DNA of 64,000 bases, taken from the NCBI RefSeq assembly GCF_031769215.1, contig NW_026782031.1:1-64000 (forward strand), written 5' to 3'. The stretch's first letter is position 1; each line of letters begins with the position of its first letter. Shown here in pieces: positions 38,401 through 51,190 of this stretch. The notes beneath the pieces are model-generated. The model did not search any database, was not told where the DNA came from, and saw nothing but the letters and a program-made list of their open reading frames with translations. The DNA comes from Ylistrum balloti. Its lineage: Eukaryota. The translations under genes and the position numbers were made by a program.

Positions 38401-41400
38401 TGCATTATATATATATTGATTTACAGTTTTACACCATTTAGTAATGACGCAATCTTACTGTCAATTAGTCAACTCTAATATAACAGCAGTTATTTGTTTA
38501 ATTGCAGAGTTTATCACCCCGTAAACAGCCAGGGTCGTTTTGAGGCCGAGTCTCCTTGCTGCTACCTCCCTGAACAACATACAGGAGGTCCCTCACATGC
38601 CATCCAAAGCAAATGGACAAGTGTCCTGCTGAAGGATACAACCACATCTGCAGAGACCAGTCAGTTTCTCAGCTTTCTGAGAAACACAAACTGACAAGGA
38701 GAGGGAGTATTGAACCACGCACCTTAGATCTTCACCTAACGCTTCATAGCCCATCTTCTTAAGGGCTATCAAAAGCATAGAGAGTAAAAGAAGATTGATT
38801 TTGTCCTTAAATCAATGAAGGATATGTGATGCATGATGAACACATCTGATAGCAACTTTGAAATTGGAATACTTTAAAAGTCTTTTGAACCCCTAATTAC
38901 AGGTATGATGGTTCCAGTCCAGTTGTCTACATGAAAATCCTGGTAAAAGTTTAAAATTTCTGTTTGATTTTAAGCCTGCTGTGTGATATCAGCAACGCAA
39001 ATGAGAGCTTTGCACTTTAAAATCAATATCCATTAAAATCTAACAATAAAAGATGATGAATAATAAAACAATCCACATTTTTATTGATCATAACCGTACC
39101 AAATCACAAAATCATATGATTAATTCATTTTACCTTTTCAGTCAGGTACCAGTATTACAATAATACAACTGATTGATTACAACTACATTATATGACTAAA
39201 ATCTACATCATTTATGACAAGTGAAACTGTTGGATCATATTTTATCTAAAAACAGGAAGTGCCATACTACGGATATGTGTTTTTAATTGACACATCACGA
39301 TTTAAATCTCCGTTCGGATGTCAGAATATCACATACTAGGAGGCTGATCTGCGCTGCCAGGACACATATTTGACACACTGTGCCCAGTGACTCCATTTAG
39401 ACGTCAGAATATAATGGCAAAACCAGCAGGCTGATCTGTGCCTTCCAGTACACATATTTGACACACTGTGCCCAGTGACTCCATTTAGACGTCAGAATAT
39501 AATGACAAAACCAGCAGGCTGATCTGTGCTGCCAGGACACATATTGACACACTGTGCCCAGTGACTCTATTTAGATGTCAGAATATAATGACAAAACCAG
39601 CAGGCTGATCTGTGCCTTCCAGGACATATATTGACACACTGTGCCCAGTGACTCTATTTAGACGTCAGAATATAATGACAAAACCAGCAGGCTGATCTGC
39701 ACTACCAGGACACATATTGACACACTGTGCCCAGTGACTCTATTCAGATGTCAGAATATAATGACAAAACCAGCAGGCTGATCTGTGCCTTCCAGGACAC
39801 ATATTTGACACACTACGCCTTATGACTCCATTTAGACGTCAGAATATAATGACAAAACCAGCAGGCTGATCTGTGCCTTCCAGGACATATACTGACACAC
39901 TGTGCCCAGTGACTCTATTTAGATGTCAGAATATAATGACAAAACCAGCAGGCTGATCTGTGCCTTCCAGGACATATATTGACACACTGTGCCCAGTGAC
40001 TCTATTTAGACGTCAGAATATAATGACAAAACCAGCAGGCTGATCTGCACTACCAGGACACATATTGACACACTGTGCCCAGTGACTCTATTCAGATGTC
40101 AGAATATAATGACAAAACCAGCAGGCTGATCTGTGCCTTCCAGGACACATATTTGACACACTACGCCTTATGACTCCATTTAGACGTCAGAATATAATGA
40201 CAAAACCAGCAGGCTGATCTGTGCCTTCCAGGACATATATTGACACACTGTGCCCAGTGACTCCATTTAGACGTCAGAATATAATGACAAAACCAGCAGG
40301 CTGATCTGTGCCTTCCAGGACACACATTGACACACCGTGCCCGGTGACTCCATTTAGACGTCGGAATATAATGACAAAACCAGCAGGCTGATCTGTGCCT
40401 TCCAGGACACATATTGACACACCGTGCCCGGTGACTCCATTTAGACGTCAGAATATAATGACAAAACCAGCAGGCTGATCTGTGCCTTCCAGGACACATA
40501 TTTGACACACTACGCCTTATGACTCCATTTAGACGTCAGAATATAATGACAAAACCAGCAGGCTGATCTGTGCCTTCCAGGACATATATTGACACACTGT
40601 GACCCGTGACTCCATTTAGACGTCAGAATATAATGACAAAACCAGCAGGCTGATCTGTGCCTTCCAGGACACATATTGACACACCGTGCCCGGTGACTCC
40701 ATTTAGATGTCAGAATATAATGACAAAACCAGCAGGCTGATCTGTGCCTTCCAGGACACATATTGACACACCGTGCCCGGTGACTCCATTTAGACGTCAG
40801 AATATAATGACAAAACCAGCAGGCTGATCTGTGCCTTCCAGGACACATATTGACACACCGTGCCCGGTGACTCCATTTAGACGTCAGAATATAATGACAA
40901 AACCAGCAGGCTGATCTGTGCCTTCCAGGACACATATTGACACACTGTGCCCTGTGACTCCATTTAGACATCGGAATATAACAACAAAACCAGAAGGCCA
41001 ATCCATGCCTCCCAAAACATGTATTTGACACACTATGCCTTATGATTCCGTTTAGACGTCAGCATATCACAACAATACCAGGAGACCAATATGTGTCCTC
41101 CAGGACAGCAGAACACCTACATAATGATAACAAAACTGACCACAACTAGTGTTATGGTTTAAGGTGAAAATTGTCATTAATTAGACTTACCACAGCAGTT
41201 TCCACCGTAATGGGTGTTCCACCAATCAAATGACGACTTCCAGACATTGGACGGATCGTGTTCCCTAATAATGTAAAGGGATAAAGTTAGGGATTAATAC
41301 CATATAAAGGCTTATTGTCTGATAAATATGGTATGTATTTATGGTCACTAAATAAGCTATGGATGGGATTAATACCAAATAAAGGCTTATTGTCGGACAA

Positions 41401-44400
41401 ATATGGTATATTTTTATGGTAACTAAGGAAGCTGTGGGTGGGATTATTACTCGTCACAGGCTTGTTGTCCAATAAACATGGTATGTATTTATGGTTACTA
41501 AGGAAGTTATTCAGGAATTGCTGTAAATAATTGTTTTATTATATACATAAACATGAATTTTGACAAACTTCCTATAGTTTACACTGTTATCAATATCACA
41601 CACTAGCACTCTACATTTTGTTCTGTTTTAGAAATAAACAACAACAATTGTTTACATCTAGCTGCATTTTAATAGAATTTTAATTTCTGTATATCTGACA
41701 ATCTTCAATTTTTTTAATTTTGAGTTTTAAATTTCCGATTGTCCAAAAAATCATTTAAGACAGTGAGGTAACTTAAGGACAATGAAACTGGTTAGGTAAG
41801 CTGCCCTAGATACATTAATCTCTTTAGATACTGCTTAGTGACAAAACTACTAGGGGCAGTAAATTTTTTTTTGCTTTATCAACGACTGACAAAATTCACT
41901 TTAATCTTGTAAGTAGCCACTATCGGGGATCTTTATTGTTGACAAATACCTGGTCGATATATTCATGAGTACTCATAACTATAAAGTTTACTACTTTAAA
42001 CACTGTTTGAAGTGATTTATGAAAAGTCAATAAATCTCTCACAGAATAAGAACATCACAACCGATGATCCTTAAAGTGAGATAAGACAGTAGGAGGAGGA
42101 AATGAGTACTGGAATTTTCGGCAGCAGGTACCGGGTACTCAAGTTTGTGTACTCATTATAAAACTTGAACTTCTCTCAATACTCAAGTGAAAATAAAATT
42201 ATATCTAAAATTTCCATTATGTACTAGAGTGGCACTTTATAAGAGAAAGTTAGAAACTTCATTGATTCAAAGGTTTTTGTTTGCTGACTTTTTAAGGTAC
42301 ATACAAATTTTACTTTTACTTGTCACCCAAAGTTTGACTTACTGAAATAACTGTATCAAGTGTCTACAGTAATAAACATTTTGGTCATAAAAATCTTACT
42401 GAAAGAGCCCAAAACTTATTGATATATTAGAAAATATTGTGCACAGGTGAAATGGATAAAATCTAAATTTAATTTGAACATTTCTGAAGAAATTCTTCCC
42501 ATTTCTTCAAATCCACCAAAGCCTATGATTAAAAAACAATTTCTAAATGCTGGATGTGAATAAAAACAGAAAAATACTAAAAAAAAACTTCATTTTCTGT
42601 GTGATTGCCTGTTGTAGATTTCATAATCCTATCAATTAATCACTGATAGTTCTAATATAGGTTATCAACACTGATTTTAATGGTTTTGATCTTACATGCA
42701 GTTTATTTTGAATCATACATACACACTAAAAAAAAATAACAAGAAAATACCAACATGTTAACATAATCATAATCCAAACTCAAATTCAATACAACTAGGA
42801 CAAAATATGAACAAAAGATAGATTTACACAGAGACTCCTGAAAAAGTAAAAGGAGAATAAGACCAGGTGTTCCAGAAGAGTAACCATCTTCTACTTCATT
42901 GCCGACACTCACCCTGCATATTCAGTACATAACAAGTACTCTGTTTTGATTTAAAAAATTTAATGCATTTTGTCAATTGACTGTTTCTTTCAGTGTCAGT
43001 GTTAATTAATTCCTTAATGTTTATTAAGATATAATGTTTGTTTAACAATGTACCCTTACTTTTTCAATATCTAAAAGTCAGAAAGCACCTGTAAAAAAAA
43101 TAATAAAATGAGACTCGGATAGCAAGGTTACATATGTTGGAGCTGTAATATTATACTTACCTAACTTAACTGTGACTTCTGGCCAGCTGTCAACATAAAA
43201 TGTTTTCACTCGCTGGGTTAGTGGATTTGGTGCAGTCTTCTTGGCATCTCGAAATTTTACTTTTTTCTGTAGACGAAAGTGAAGTAAAAGGTTTCAATTG
43301 TTAGTCAGTTTGTATAAAATGTACTACACAGTCTTTCAGCTGGATATTAATAATGTGACTATATAATAACAGCTTACATAGGGTTCATTAAATAACTTAA
43401 GTTTCCTGTGAACACAACATAAATGCACAATGGAAAGTGATATGCAAATATTAACCATTAAGAGTACTCATTCCTTCTTTTTTTAAATTTTTTTTTTTGG
43501 AATTCAAGTCAATATGTAATGATAGAAAATTCAAATAGTTAGCTATCAAATTTCTGCAATCGTTTATATATATTTCTAGGCAATTTAGCACAATTCATAA
43601 TTGTTTGGTTCTTTATTTGTTGATGGCTACCTCACTGAACAACATAGGGGAGGCCCCTCTCTTGCCATTCTATACTGCTTAAAGATATAATTACATATAG
43701 TGTCCTGAACAATTTCACAAATTTCTGTGATAAGAAAAGGTGATGCTGAAACATTTCTGAAATCTACCCATTCATAATCTTTGTTATCGTAGCAACAATT
43801 AGTTGGTTTTATCTCTAACCAATTACATTTTTATTACTTCAAATTTTTGGTGATTATCACCCCATCACTTCATTGGGTCTTAATAAATATTTACTACAAC
43901 AACGTTTAACAAAACATTATTTTATTTCTATATCATTGAAATATAATTTCTCACTAAAATTTCATGAAATATCACCACTTAAAAATACTTTATCAAGATG
44001 TCATTCAAATTATAAAACACATCCAATTTTTTTTTAAAATAAAACAATTCTGAAAAATTGAAGAAGCAGTGATGTATGATTAAACGAAGAAGTGTAACTC
44101 AAAATGCTCAAGTGATTTATTGTTGCTTTCAATACGAAGACAAAAACAAAACACAAACAACCCAAGTGACATGATTAAAAAGTGTAGGTCAGCATGGTCC
44201 AACAGATAAATTGTCACATTTAACTTTACCTGAAAGTTTTATGTGCAATCACCTTTTACTTGTAACATATATACAGAGGATGAAATTAACAATCAAAAAC
44301 AGAAAAAAATAACATTTTGTAATTTGGAGTCCGTCGTTCTTTAAAAGCAATTGGTCAGAAAAGCTGTTATCCCACAGTGAATGAGCTCTTATCTGTCAGT

Positions 44401-47400
44401 GAATATGTCAATGAAAGGTGAACATGACAAGTTGTTCTTAGTCAGAATAAGTTAATTATTAACAAGTCAAATAAAAAAAAATAACAAGATTTAAATATAA
44501 AATATATCATCATCTGAAGGGGTCTATATCCCCAGCTTTTTTATACAAGATGCAATGTCCTGTATACATATTGTAGAAAGTGTATATTTTTTACTATACT
44601 TTTTCTTTCTGGTGTCAGCTCGTGCACAACAATGTCAATCAGTAGTGAAAACAGTGAATTAACAACAATAACATCCGTGGGAAGATAAGGGTCACACAGA
44701 GGTCGAGAAGGATGCGAAAATAAAGGCCAACAGTAACCCAAATCAGGGAAGGGATGTGTGTATATCATCAACACATTGGGGTAAAATACTTACTACAGGT
44801 AAATCTTCCACCTATTTGTGTACAAATTGTAAAGTACTGTCATTCCAAGATGTCCAAAAAATTAGGATTAAACAAAAGAAACTGTATTCATTTTACAGTC
44901 CAAAGAACTATACAATTTTACTATCTTAAAGTGTAAACATTCTTTTTGACTAATCCAATATCATAAAAAGTGTATAGATTATATCATATATGTATTTCCT
45001 TACAAAAACGTATAAAAATCATACTTATCTATCATTCTTAGGTATGAAAATGATATAACTCTATTTTGAAAAGTGTTATAATGTAAGTTTTCTTACAGAA
45101 ATGTGTAAAATCTTTAAAAAAAATCAGAATACTTTGTATATGAAAATCAATATTTCGCCATGAAATATGTGAAATGTATTTTATCATTAAAGCATATTTA
45201 AATTTTTACTGCCAAAAGTGACCATATCATTGCTCTTCTTAATAATCATCTTCACGGTTTTAGAATTAAAATTGTAGTTTTACAGTCAAATGATATACAA
45301 ATAGTTTACAGCTTTTATCGACTATAAAAGTTCTTCCGTTTTATGATCAAAAGAGATACATCACACACATTTGTAATTAGAAAACCATCAAAGTAATCAA
45401 CTGATTCAAAGAAGAAATGTTAAAATTTACCTGAGGTAACCAGGAGACAATACTCAAAGTCAAATGGTTTCATACATCAAAAAATCAAACCCCACATTCG
45501 GAAAGATCCAACACGTCACCTACACAATGTCTGACTGAATACACAGCTTGATGTACATGCATGGAATCATTTATTCATTTCCCATCAAATTATCATAGAT
45601 GCATTCATATCCATGTGCACTTCTATCTCCCTGGGAGTCAAAATAAATTCTATATATGATGGAGCATGTGACATTTTTATCACATAAGTTTGGAAAGCTG
45701 TTGTCATCATCACAGTGTTGTCAATATATGTAAATATGGTCATAGATTTTTAATCAATGTTTTCCACAATTTCCATGAAAATTTAATTAGGTCGTCATAG
45801 TAACAATTCCTCTCAATGAAGTACCCAGTGACTGGCTGATAAGGACACAATATCCTGTCACAGACGACTGAATGCTCCAAACTGTTGTTAATTCTTTTGG
45901 CCCCCTAGAGGAAACAGTCGAACAAAGCGAGGCATCAGTCATTTAATTCTGATGTAGATGTTCCCCAGTATAGTACAAGTACATTAATAGTAATTACAGA
46001 CAAACTTTGACAGTTATTTCCAATATGTTGCATGTGTAGAATCTATCAGAAAAATGAAACGTTAAAACTGCATCATTTCACTTTTGTGATAAAATTTGGA
46101 TGTCAGCACCGAGCTGAACTTTGTCACTACCTTATATATTATAAACGGTTTCAATGGTATGTAGAATATCTCATTTGTATCTAATTAAATATTACAGAGC
46201 CTCAGTGATCACTTTGGTGCATGTTCCTGATCAGTCAAAGAAACCATATGCTTAATCAACCAGAATATTATCGAAAAAGGAAACACAAACATGATGAAGT
46301 CATTACAGAAATGAGAAACTATCATCACAGTAATGTACAATAACATGACACACTTAAAACTCTTCAAATTATTGCTTCATACAAATGATGATCTTTAAAA
46401 AATGTATTTTGTAGTACAGCAACATACATTGTTTCCATGGTTACAGACAAACAATGAAAATTAAATGTGATAAATAAGATTTAGGGAGAAAGATTGAAAA
46501 ACAAAGTGAGAAGGGGCTCACATAGATATACCCCCTGTTCTCAAGGTTTTTCTTGTACACAAACTTTTTAAGTGACCTTTGACACCAAAACAATTTTTTC
46601 ATGTGTAGATCTTGGTGGTGTGATGCTATGGTGCGAATCGATCTGAACCAAAACTGTTCAAGGGTTCATGGAATATTTTGTACAAAACGTTATCACACAC
46701 TCTCACACACGTAACACAAAACTTACTACTATTTACACCCCTTACCTAAGTGTGGAATATAATTATGTTTATGCATTAGTTACTCAGTGTTAGTGAACAT
46801 TTTTACCCTTGAAATAATGTTAAAGCTATGTTGAAGGATGAAAGAAAGTAAGCAAGTGAACAAGCTTTTACATATTATAATGTACTGACACTTCCTGCCA
46901 TTGCCCAAATCCAGACTCGTGTTATCTAAAATAAATAATACCGCTACTTTGATAACTCGGCTTGAGGTACTTGTGATTCATGTTTTGCTCAGTCTAACAA
47001 GCACCTCTTCCCTGAAATGCTACGAACACTTTGATAACATCTATGTTGTTTGCTCAGTAAGGATAAAACATATATAATTCAAGCTGACTATATGTTTTCT
47101 ATTTCTAGCATGTTATCTATTGTTGATCTGTGATGGGCAATCAATTATTCAATAGAAAATTCTTAAAGATGTGACGTACACAAAATGCCAACCCACATAA
47201 TATATGTTACTTTACTTTGTAAAGAGCCAAGATGAAAAGAGATGACAGCATACAAATCATCTTTAATGGATTCTGACGCAGTTTTTTACTTAGGCCATGT
47301 AAATAAATTCTGACAAATTTTGCAAACAAGTTCAAAAGATTTCCATGAGAAGCCTCGTCTATCATTGTGTCAAACACTGCATGTATCTCTATACACATAC

Positions 47401-49426
47401 TTTAACAAATATACCAGTAATGTATGCAAGGAATACACCTCTGTAGTTAAACGTTTGCAAATTTTGCTCTTTGTCTTGCTTATAGAGCTAAGAAAAGGTT
47501 TGATATAAACACTAAAATGCAACATGTTTATATGTCTTATGAAGAAAAAAAAAACCTGGAGGAAAACTATGTAATTATATGTAAGGTTAGAAAAATTAAT
47601 GTACACAGGTTTATTCAAATATAAAGAATATATTGAAGATGAGAGACCAACATGGGTCAAAGAAGAAAATATGAAGAGTTAAGAGAATAATAGTTCAAGG
47701 AATATATAGAATGGACCTGTGATTAAGAGACTCACAACAACAGTCAATGTATAGATAATGGAGCTGTGATTAAGAGACTCACAACAAGAGTCAATGTATA
47801 GATAATGGAGCTGTGATTAAGAGACTCACAACAAGAGTCAAGGTATAAAGAATGGACCTGTGATTAAGAGACTCACAATAGTCAAGGTATTGATAATGGA
47901 GCTGTAATTAAGAGACTCACAAGAGTCAAGGTATAATGAATGGTCCTGTAATTAAGAGACTCAGAAGAGTCAAGGTACAGAGAATGGACCTGGAAGTAAG
48001 AGACTCACAAGAGTCAGTGTCTAGATAATTGTCCTGTTATTAAGAGACTCACAAGAGTCAAGGTATAGATAATGGTCCTGTAATTAAGAGACTCACAAGA
48101 GTCAAGGTATAGATAATGGTCCTGTAATTAAGAGACTCACAAGAGTCAAGGTATTGATAATGGAGCTGTAATTAAGAGATTCACAACAAGAGTCAAGGTA
48201 TAGAGAATGGACCTGTGATTAAGAGACTCACAAGAGTCAAGGTATAACGAATGGTCCTGTAATTAAGAGACTCACAAGAGTCAAGGTACAGAGAATGGAC
48301 CTGAAAGTAAGAGACTCACAAGAGTCAGTGTCTAGATAATTGTCCTGTTATTAAGAGACTCACAAGAGTCAAGGTATAGATAATGGTCCTGTAATTAAGA
48401 GACTCACAAGAGTCAAGGTATAGATAATGGTCCTGTAATTAAGAGACTCACAAGAGTCAAAGTATTGATAATGGAGCTGTAATTAAGAGACTCACAAGAG
48501 TCAAGGTATAGAGAATGGACATGTAATTAAGAGACTCACAAGAGTCAAGGTATAGAGAATGGAGCTGACATTAAGAGACTCACAAGAGTCAAGGTATTGA
48601 TAAGAGACTCACAAGAGTCAAGGTACAGAGAACGGAGATGACATTAAGAAACTCTCAAGAGTCAAAGTATAGATAATGGACCTGTAATTAAGAGACTTAC
48701 AAGAGTCAATGTGTAGATAATGGACCTGTAATTAAGAGACTCACAAGAGTCAAGGTATTGATAATGGAGCTGTAATTAAGAGACTTACAAGAGTCAATGT
48801 GTAGATAATGGACCTGTAATTAAGAGACTCACAAGAGCCATGGTATAGAGAATGGACCTGTAATTAAGCAACAAACAAGAGTCAAGGTCAAGGAATTATG
48901 ATTGATAAAAAGTTATGTTTTTTTATTGATGGAAAAAATTGCCAATAAATGTAGGTGTTGGAATATCTGTGAGACTTAGGAAGCAGGCCAGGGATAGAGA
49001 ATGTACATGATATTGGGGATGGACCTTTTGCATTTCCCAAAATCATTGCCTCGATCATCCAGAAACAGATTTATACTGTATATTGAGGAAATAAACTTTG
49101 GACTACAAGGAGCATTGCCCAGTAAGACATACAAATATAAAGTTGAGATCATAAACTTATTGTGTAGGTTGTAACTAAGCAATGACTATAAATCTGAATG
49201 TAATATAACATATGACTTGATTCATGTATTTCATTTTAATGACTAAAAGTCATCTTTACAGAAATATGCTCACCTTGTTGTCTTCCAGGCCAAATCCACT
49301 GTCCAATATCTTGAGTAATTTGTTTAGTCTTTCACGTTCATATCCAGCCGGAGTGAGACCAAGATCACTCTTTTCCGTGGAATTACTAGCACCATTCATT
49401 TTTATGTCAGTGTCTGCTTGTGCCAT
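23127..49426 (-). CDS. MINDY4B: MINDY4B-like (FAM188B-family) inactive deubiquitinase; 13 phase-compatible coding exons (477 aa), or 14 (516 aa) with a candidate extra exon
   Basis: Exons 49426-49274, 43266-43161, 41264-41191, 37110-36982, 36011-35917, 32937-32772, 32060-31995, 31560-31490, 29748-29586, [28092-27976], 26329-26243, 25473-25296, 24361-24265, 23175-23127; all GT-AG with matching phases. MINDY3/4-type motifs: GGTPITVETAV-ALKHMIFG, ALQP..ERKRALISAMCQILWKVG, DGITEK, GCIMFLYSIILSRT, CTMALLNLLMTG, VGSMLKTPKLPLW, SDWRVENRFSLYYYTG, IPSLEHIIMSKWYGAAIKWQG. The first two exons are linked by phase only and are less certain. Confidence 0.85.
23806..24240. repeat. 27-bp minisatellite, about 16 copies, in the last MINDY4B-like intron
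   Basis: Unit agacaaatgttagaaaaattttctata; begins about 25 nt after the donor at 24263-24264. Confidence 0.95.
24720..25140 (+). mobile_element. Non-autonomous element remnant (HINE-like)
   Basis: tctgtccatccttccc head, repeated cataactttgct and ccc(c)ttaattacaga(g/a)ttattgccctttgttaaaatt internal blocks, typical of bivalve non-autonomous repeats. Boundaries approximate. Confidence 0.45.
25165..25325 (-). repeat. 49-bp triplication of an exon end plus 5' splice site
   Basis: Sense CCCACAAACCC...ATATAG|G(T/C)CA recurs with donors at 25295, 25246 and 25197. Confidence 0.85.
26040..26240. repeat. 31-bp minisatellite, about 6.5 copies, abutting a donor site
   Basis: Unit gatgtaaacaaaccctgaaacagattgctac; the last copy runs into the reverse complement of the GTGAGT donor ending at 26242. 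Confidence 0.95.
30343..31520 (-). repeat. 62-bp minisatellite, about 19 copies, made of 31 nt exon end plus 31 nt intron start
   Basis: Sense unit ACAGCATCATCCTGTCTAGGACCACAGCTAA|GTGAGTACTTTAATTACATGTTAACCCTATA; the first half matches the 3' end of exon 31560-31490. Confidence 0.95.
32150..32630 (+). mobile_element. Non-autonomous element remnant (HINE-like) with internal poly-G
   Basis: Starts acaagaggccccaagggccttaacagtcacctga (shared with 22370); contains a G run of about 30 nt at 32456-32489 and gaagaagatttttgaagtttt...ccctttttggccc blocks. Confidence 0.55.
37360..37745. repeat. 50-bp minisatellite, 7-8 copies
   Basis: Unit ttataaagaaaactatttgtgccctggctaccagatgtaggccttttcca. Confidence 0.9.
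38505..38790 (+). mobile_element. Dispersed SINE/MITE-like element
   Basis: Colinear blocks (gccagggtcgttttgagg; ggtccctcacatgccatcca; gaaccac...gatcttcacc) are shared with the reverse complement of 60815-61150; a fragment also occurs near 43620. Class not determinable. Confidence 0.55.
39340..41100. repeat. 87-bp minisatellite, about 20 copies, intronic
   Basis: Unit gacaaaaccagcaggctgatctgtgccttccaggacacatattgacacaccgtgcccggtgactccatttagacgtcagaatataat; 88-bp variants break the reading frame. Confidence 0.95.
41285..41515. repeat. 75-bp diverged tandem repeat, 3 copies
   Basis: ggattaatacc..aaaggcttattgtc.ga.aaatatggtat..att..tatggt.acta recurs at 75-bp spacing just upstream of the acceptor at 41265. 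Confidence 0.85.
46490..46765 (+). mobile_element. Non-autonomous element remnant with CA-rich tract
   Basis: agtgacctttgacacc, cacacactctcacacac tract and a terminal tactatttacacccc...gtggaatataat; resembles HINE/DINE-type ends. Weak. Confidence 0.35.
47705..48890. repeat. 44-bp minisatellite, about 26 copies, with 47-bp variants
   Basis: Unit aagagactcacaagagtcaaggtatagataatggtcctgtaatt. Confidence 0.95.
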
Positions 49427-50413
49427 TTTGCAGTCGTAAAGTCTGGGCACTCAGTTGACAATATTTTGGCACATAGGAATAGTTAGTAGAAATGTTTCAC
49501 AGCTGCTGCATCTGTTCAAATATAATTGATATACAAAATATGATTCAGTTCATCGCAGAGAAGGGTGGGGCAGTCCAAAATGTCTTTTAGCTTATTCCAA
49601 ATTCTCAAGGCAGGGGCTATATAGAGCCAGTTTGATTGCATTGATATCAACATGTTTTCATTTTATTCAAAAATCTTATTTTACAAAAAAAACGCCATGC
49701 CGATGAAATTTCTGTTTTTCAGAAATGATATTGTATAATTAGGTCTCACTCACAGTAGCTTGATATGATAACAAACGTGATCGTAAAATTGATTTTTTAA
49801 AGTTATACTTGCCCCTACAAATACTAAACAGCAGTTATATATTTTCAACTAGAACATCGTCTGCCCAGAGACGTATATACGTCTCTGGTCTGCCGAAACA
49901 ACCTTTTTAATTATGCATCAAAATATAGACTATTGTATCCAATTGCTAATTTCAGTTTTTAGCATTGTCCTGAAATCACAACATTTAAATATGTTGTACT
50001 CGGGTGGTGTCTATAGACTATAATACCGTAGGCTGATAATCCGTTCTAATATCTGACCGCTTACTATTGGCAAAGGTTCTAAAGTCAGCTGTGCCGATAC
50101 TGATTGGATTGCCTAAACTTAGAAATCGTGATCTGACAATTCTAGAACAGAATTTATCACAGTTATATCTAAATGCTGAAATTAAAGTCACAATAGAACA
50201 ATAAAGATAAACGAAACTATATCATAAATACTCGGAATACAATTAATCCATCGATCAGATTAATTAACACTTTGATTGAAAAGACTACAAAAATCGAACC
50301 GACCATATCAATGGAGGTCTCGATCTAAGTTCATGAAGGTGTTAAAATTTTGTAACATCTATGACGAGTTTGTTATAGGTCGTACCTCTTTAGGTGGGAC
50401 ATCCGTAACTTAC

Positions 50414-50570
50414 CTTATAATGACTGATATCCCTATGGTTTAAATTTGGCATGGTTGGAGCGTGTCATACCCCCTTCAATAAACATCGAGGAGGTTGAGC
50501 TCAGAGCAAGCACCTGTCATAAATCCACCCATAATGCCGTGTAATTGGCCGGTAACCAGAGACGCCAAAT
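50414..50570 (-). other. Candidate upstream (5' UTR) exon of the MINDY4B-like gene
   Basis: AAG|GTAAGT donor at 50413-50412 in a CpG-richer region about 1 kb upstream of the first coding exon. The 5' boundary is unknown. Confidence 0.35.
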
Positions 50571-51190
50571 GAAGGGAAATAACTCTCATAGTAATTCGAT
50601 TCTAGAGCAGAAGAAAAAAGGCTTGCTCTGAAAATTGGGTTAATTTGAATAACTTGAATTTGAGAGTAACATTTACAGATGCACATTTTGAAAGACAGTA
50701 AAACAAACACACAATTATTGATATTCACAGAAATCAATATAATATTCACTAATGATCGATATCCACAGAAATCAGCTTTACTAGTTTTCAGCAACACAGA
50801 TGGTGCTTTCCGGAATTACCAAGCGGTTTACATATCAGCGCTTCATTATATGCACTGTTAGTAAGTGGGTTCGAGCCTTATAAATATTTTCAATTCACTT
50901 TTATCTAAGACATACATTTTAAAATTTGGTTGGCTATTTATTATAAATGGGTCGAGTTTCTGTAGGTAGGCTTGAAAGTATAAAAATATGTTTGTTTCTG
51001 ATGTACTTTATCGTTCAGGCCTTTTCAAAGTTGGAGCTGACCTTTATGATATAACCAGGTATATTTTAAGAAATATGCCTAACAATCACAGAAGAATATC
51101 AACTTTCATTTTTTGTGAGGGTAATGTTTAAAAACAAAAGCATCTATTCAGCATACGTGGTTATATAGCTTCCGATAAACAAGCATCTTT

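Noticed and set aside
42860-42945. Exon candidates in MINDY4B-like intron 2 (ORF 42703-42912; AG...CAGG|GTGAGT)
   Set aside because: Neither is phase-compatible with the flanking exons: one gives an immediate TGA, the other is 28 nt.
45430-45900. Exon-like and short open stretches in MINDY4B-like intron 1
   Set aside because: Stops in the needed frame or no usable splice pair; no recognisable homology.
47705-48890. GTGAGT and TTACAG in each 44-bp unit, plus a GACTC-N4-GAGTC mini-palindrome
   Set aside because: Not derived from any identifiable exon, the pseudo-intron is only 19 nt, and such short motifs are expected by chance among a dozen arrays.
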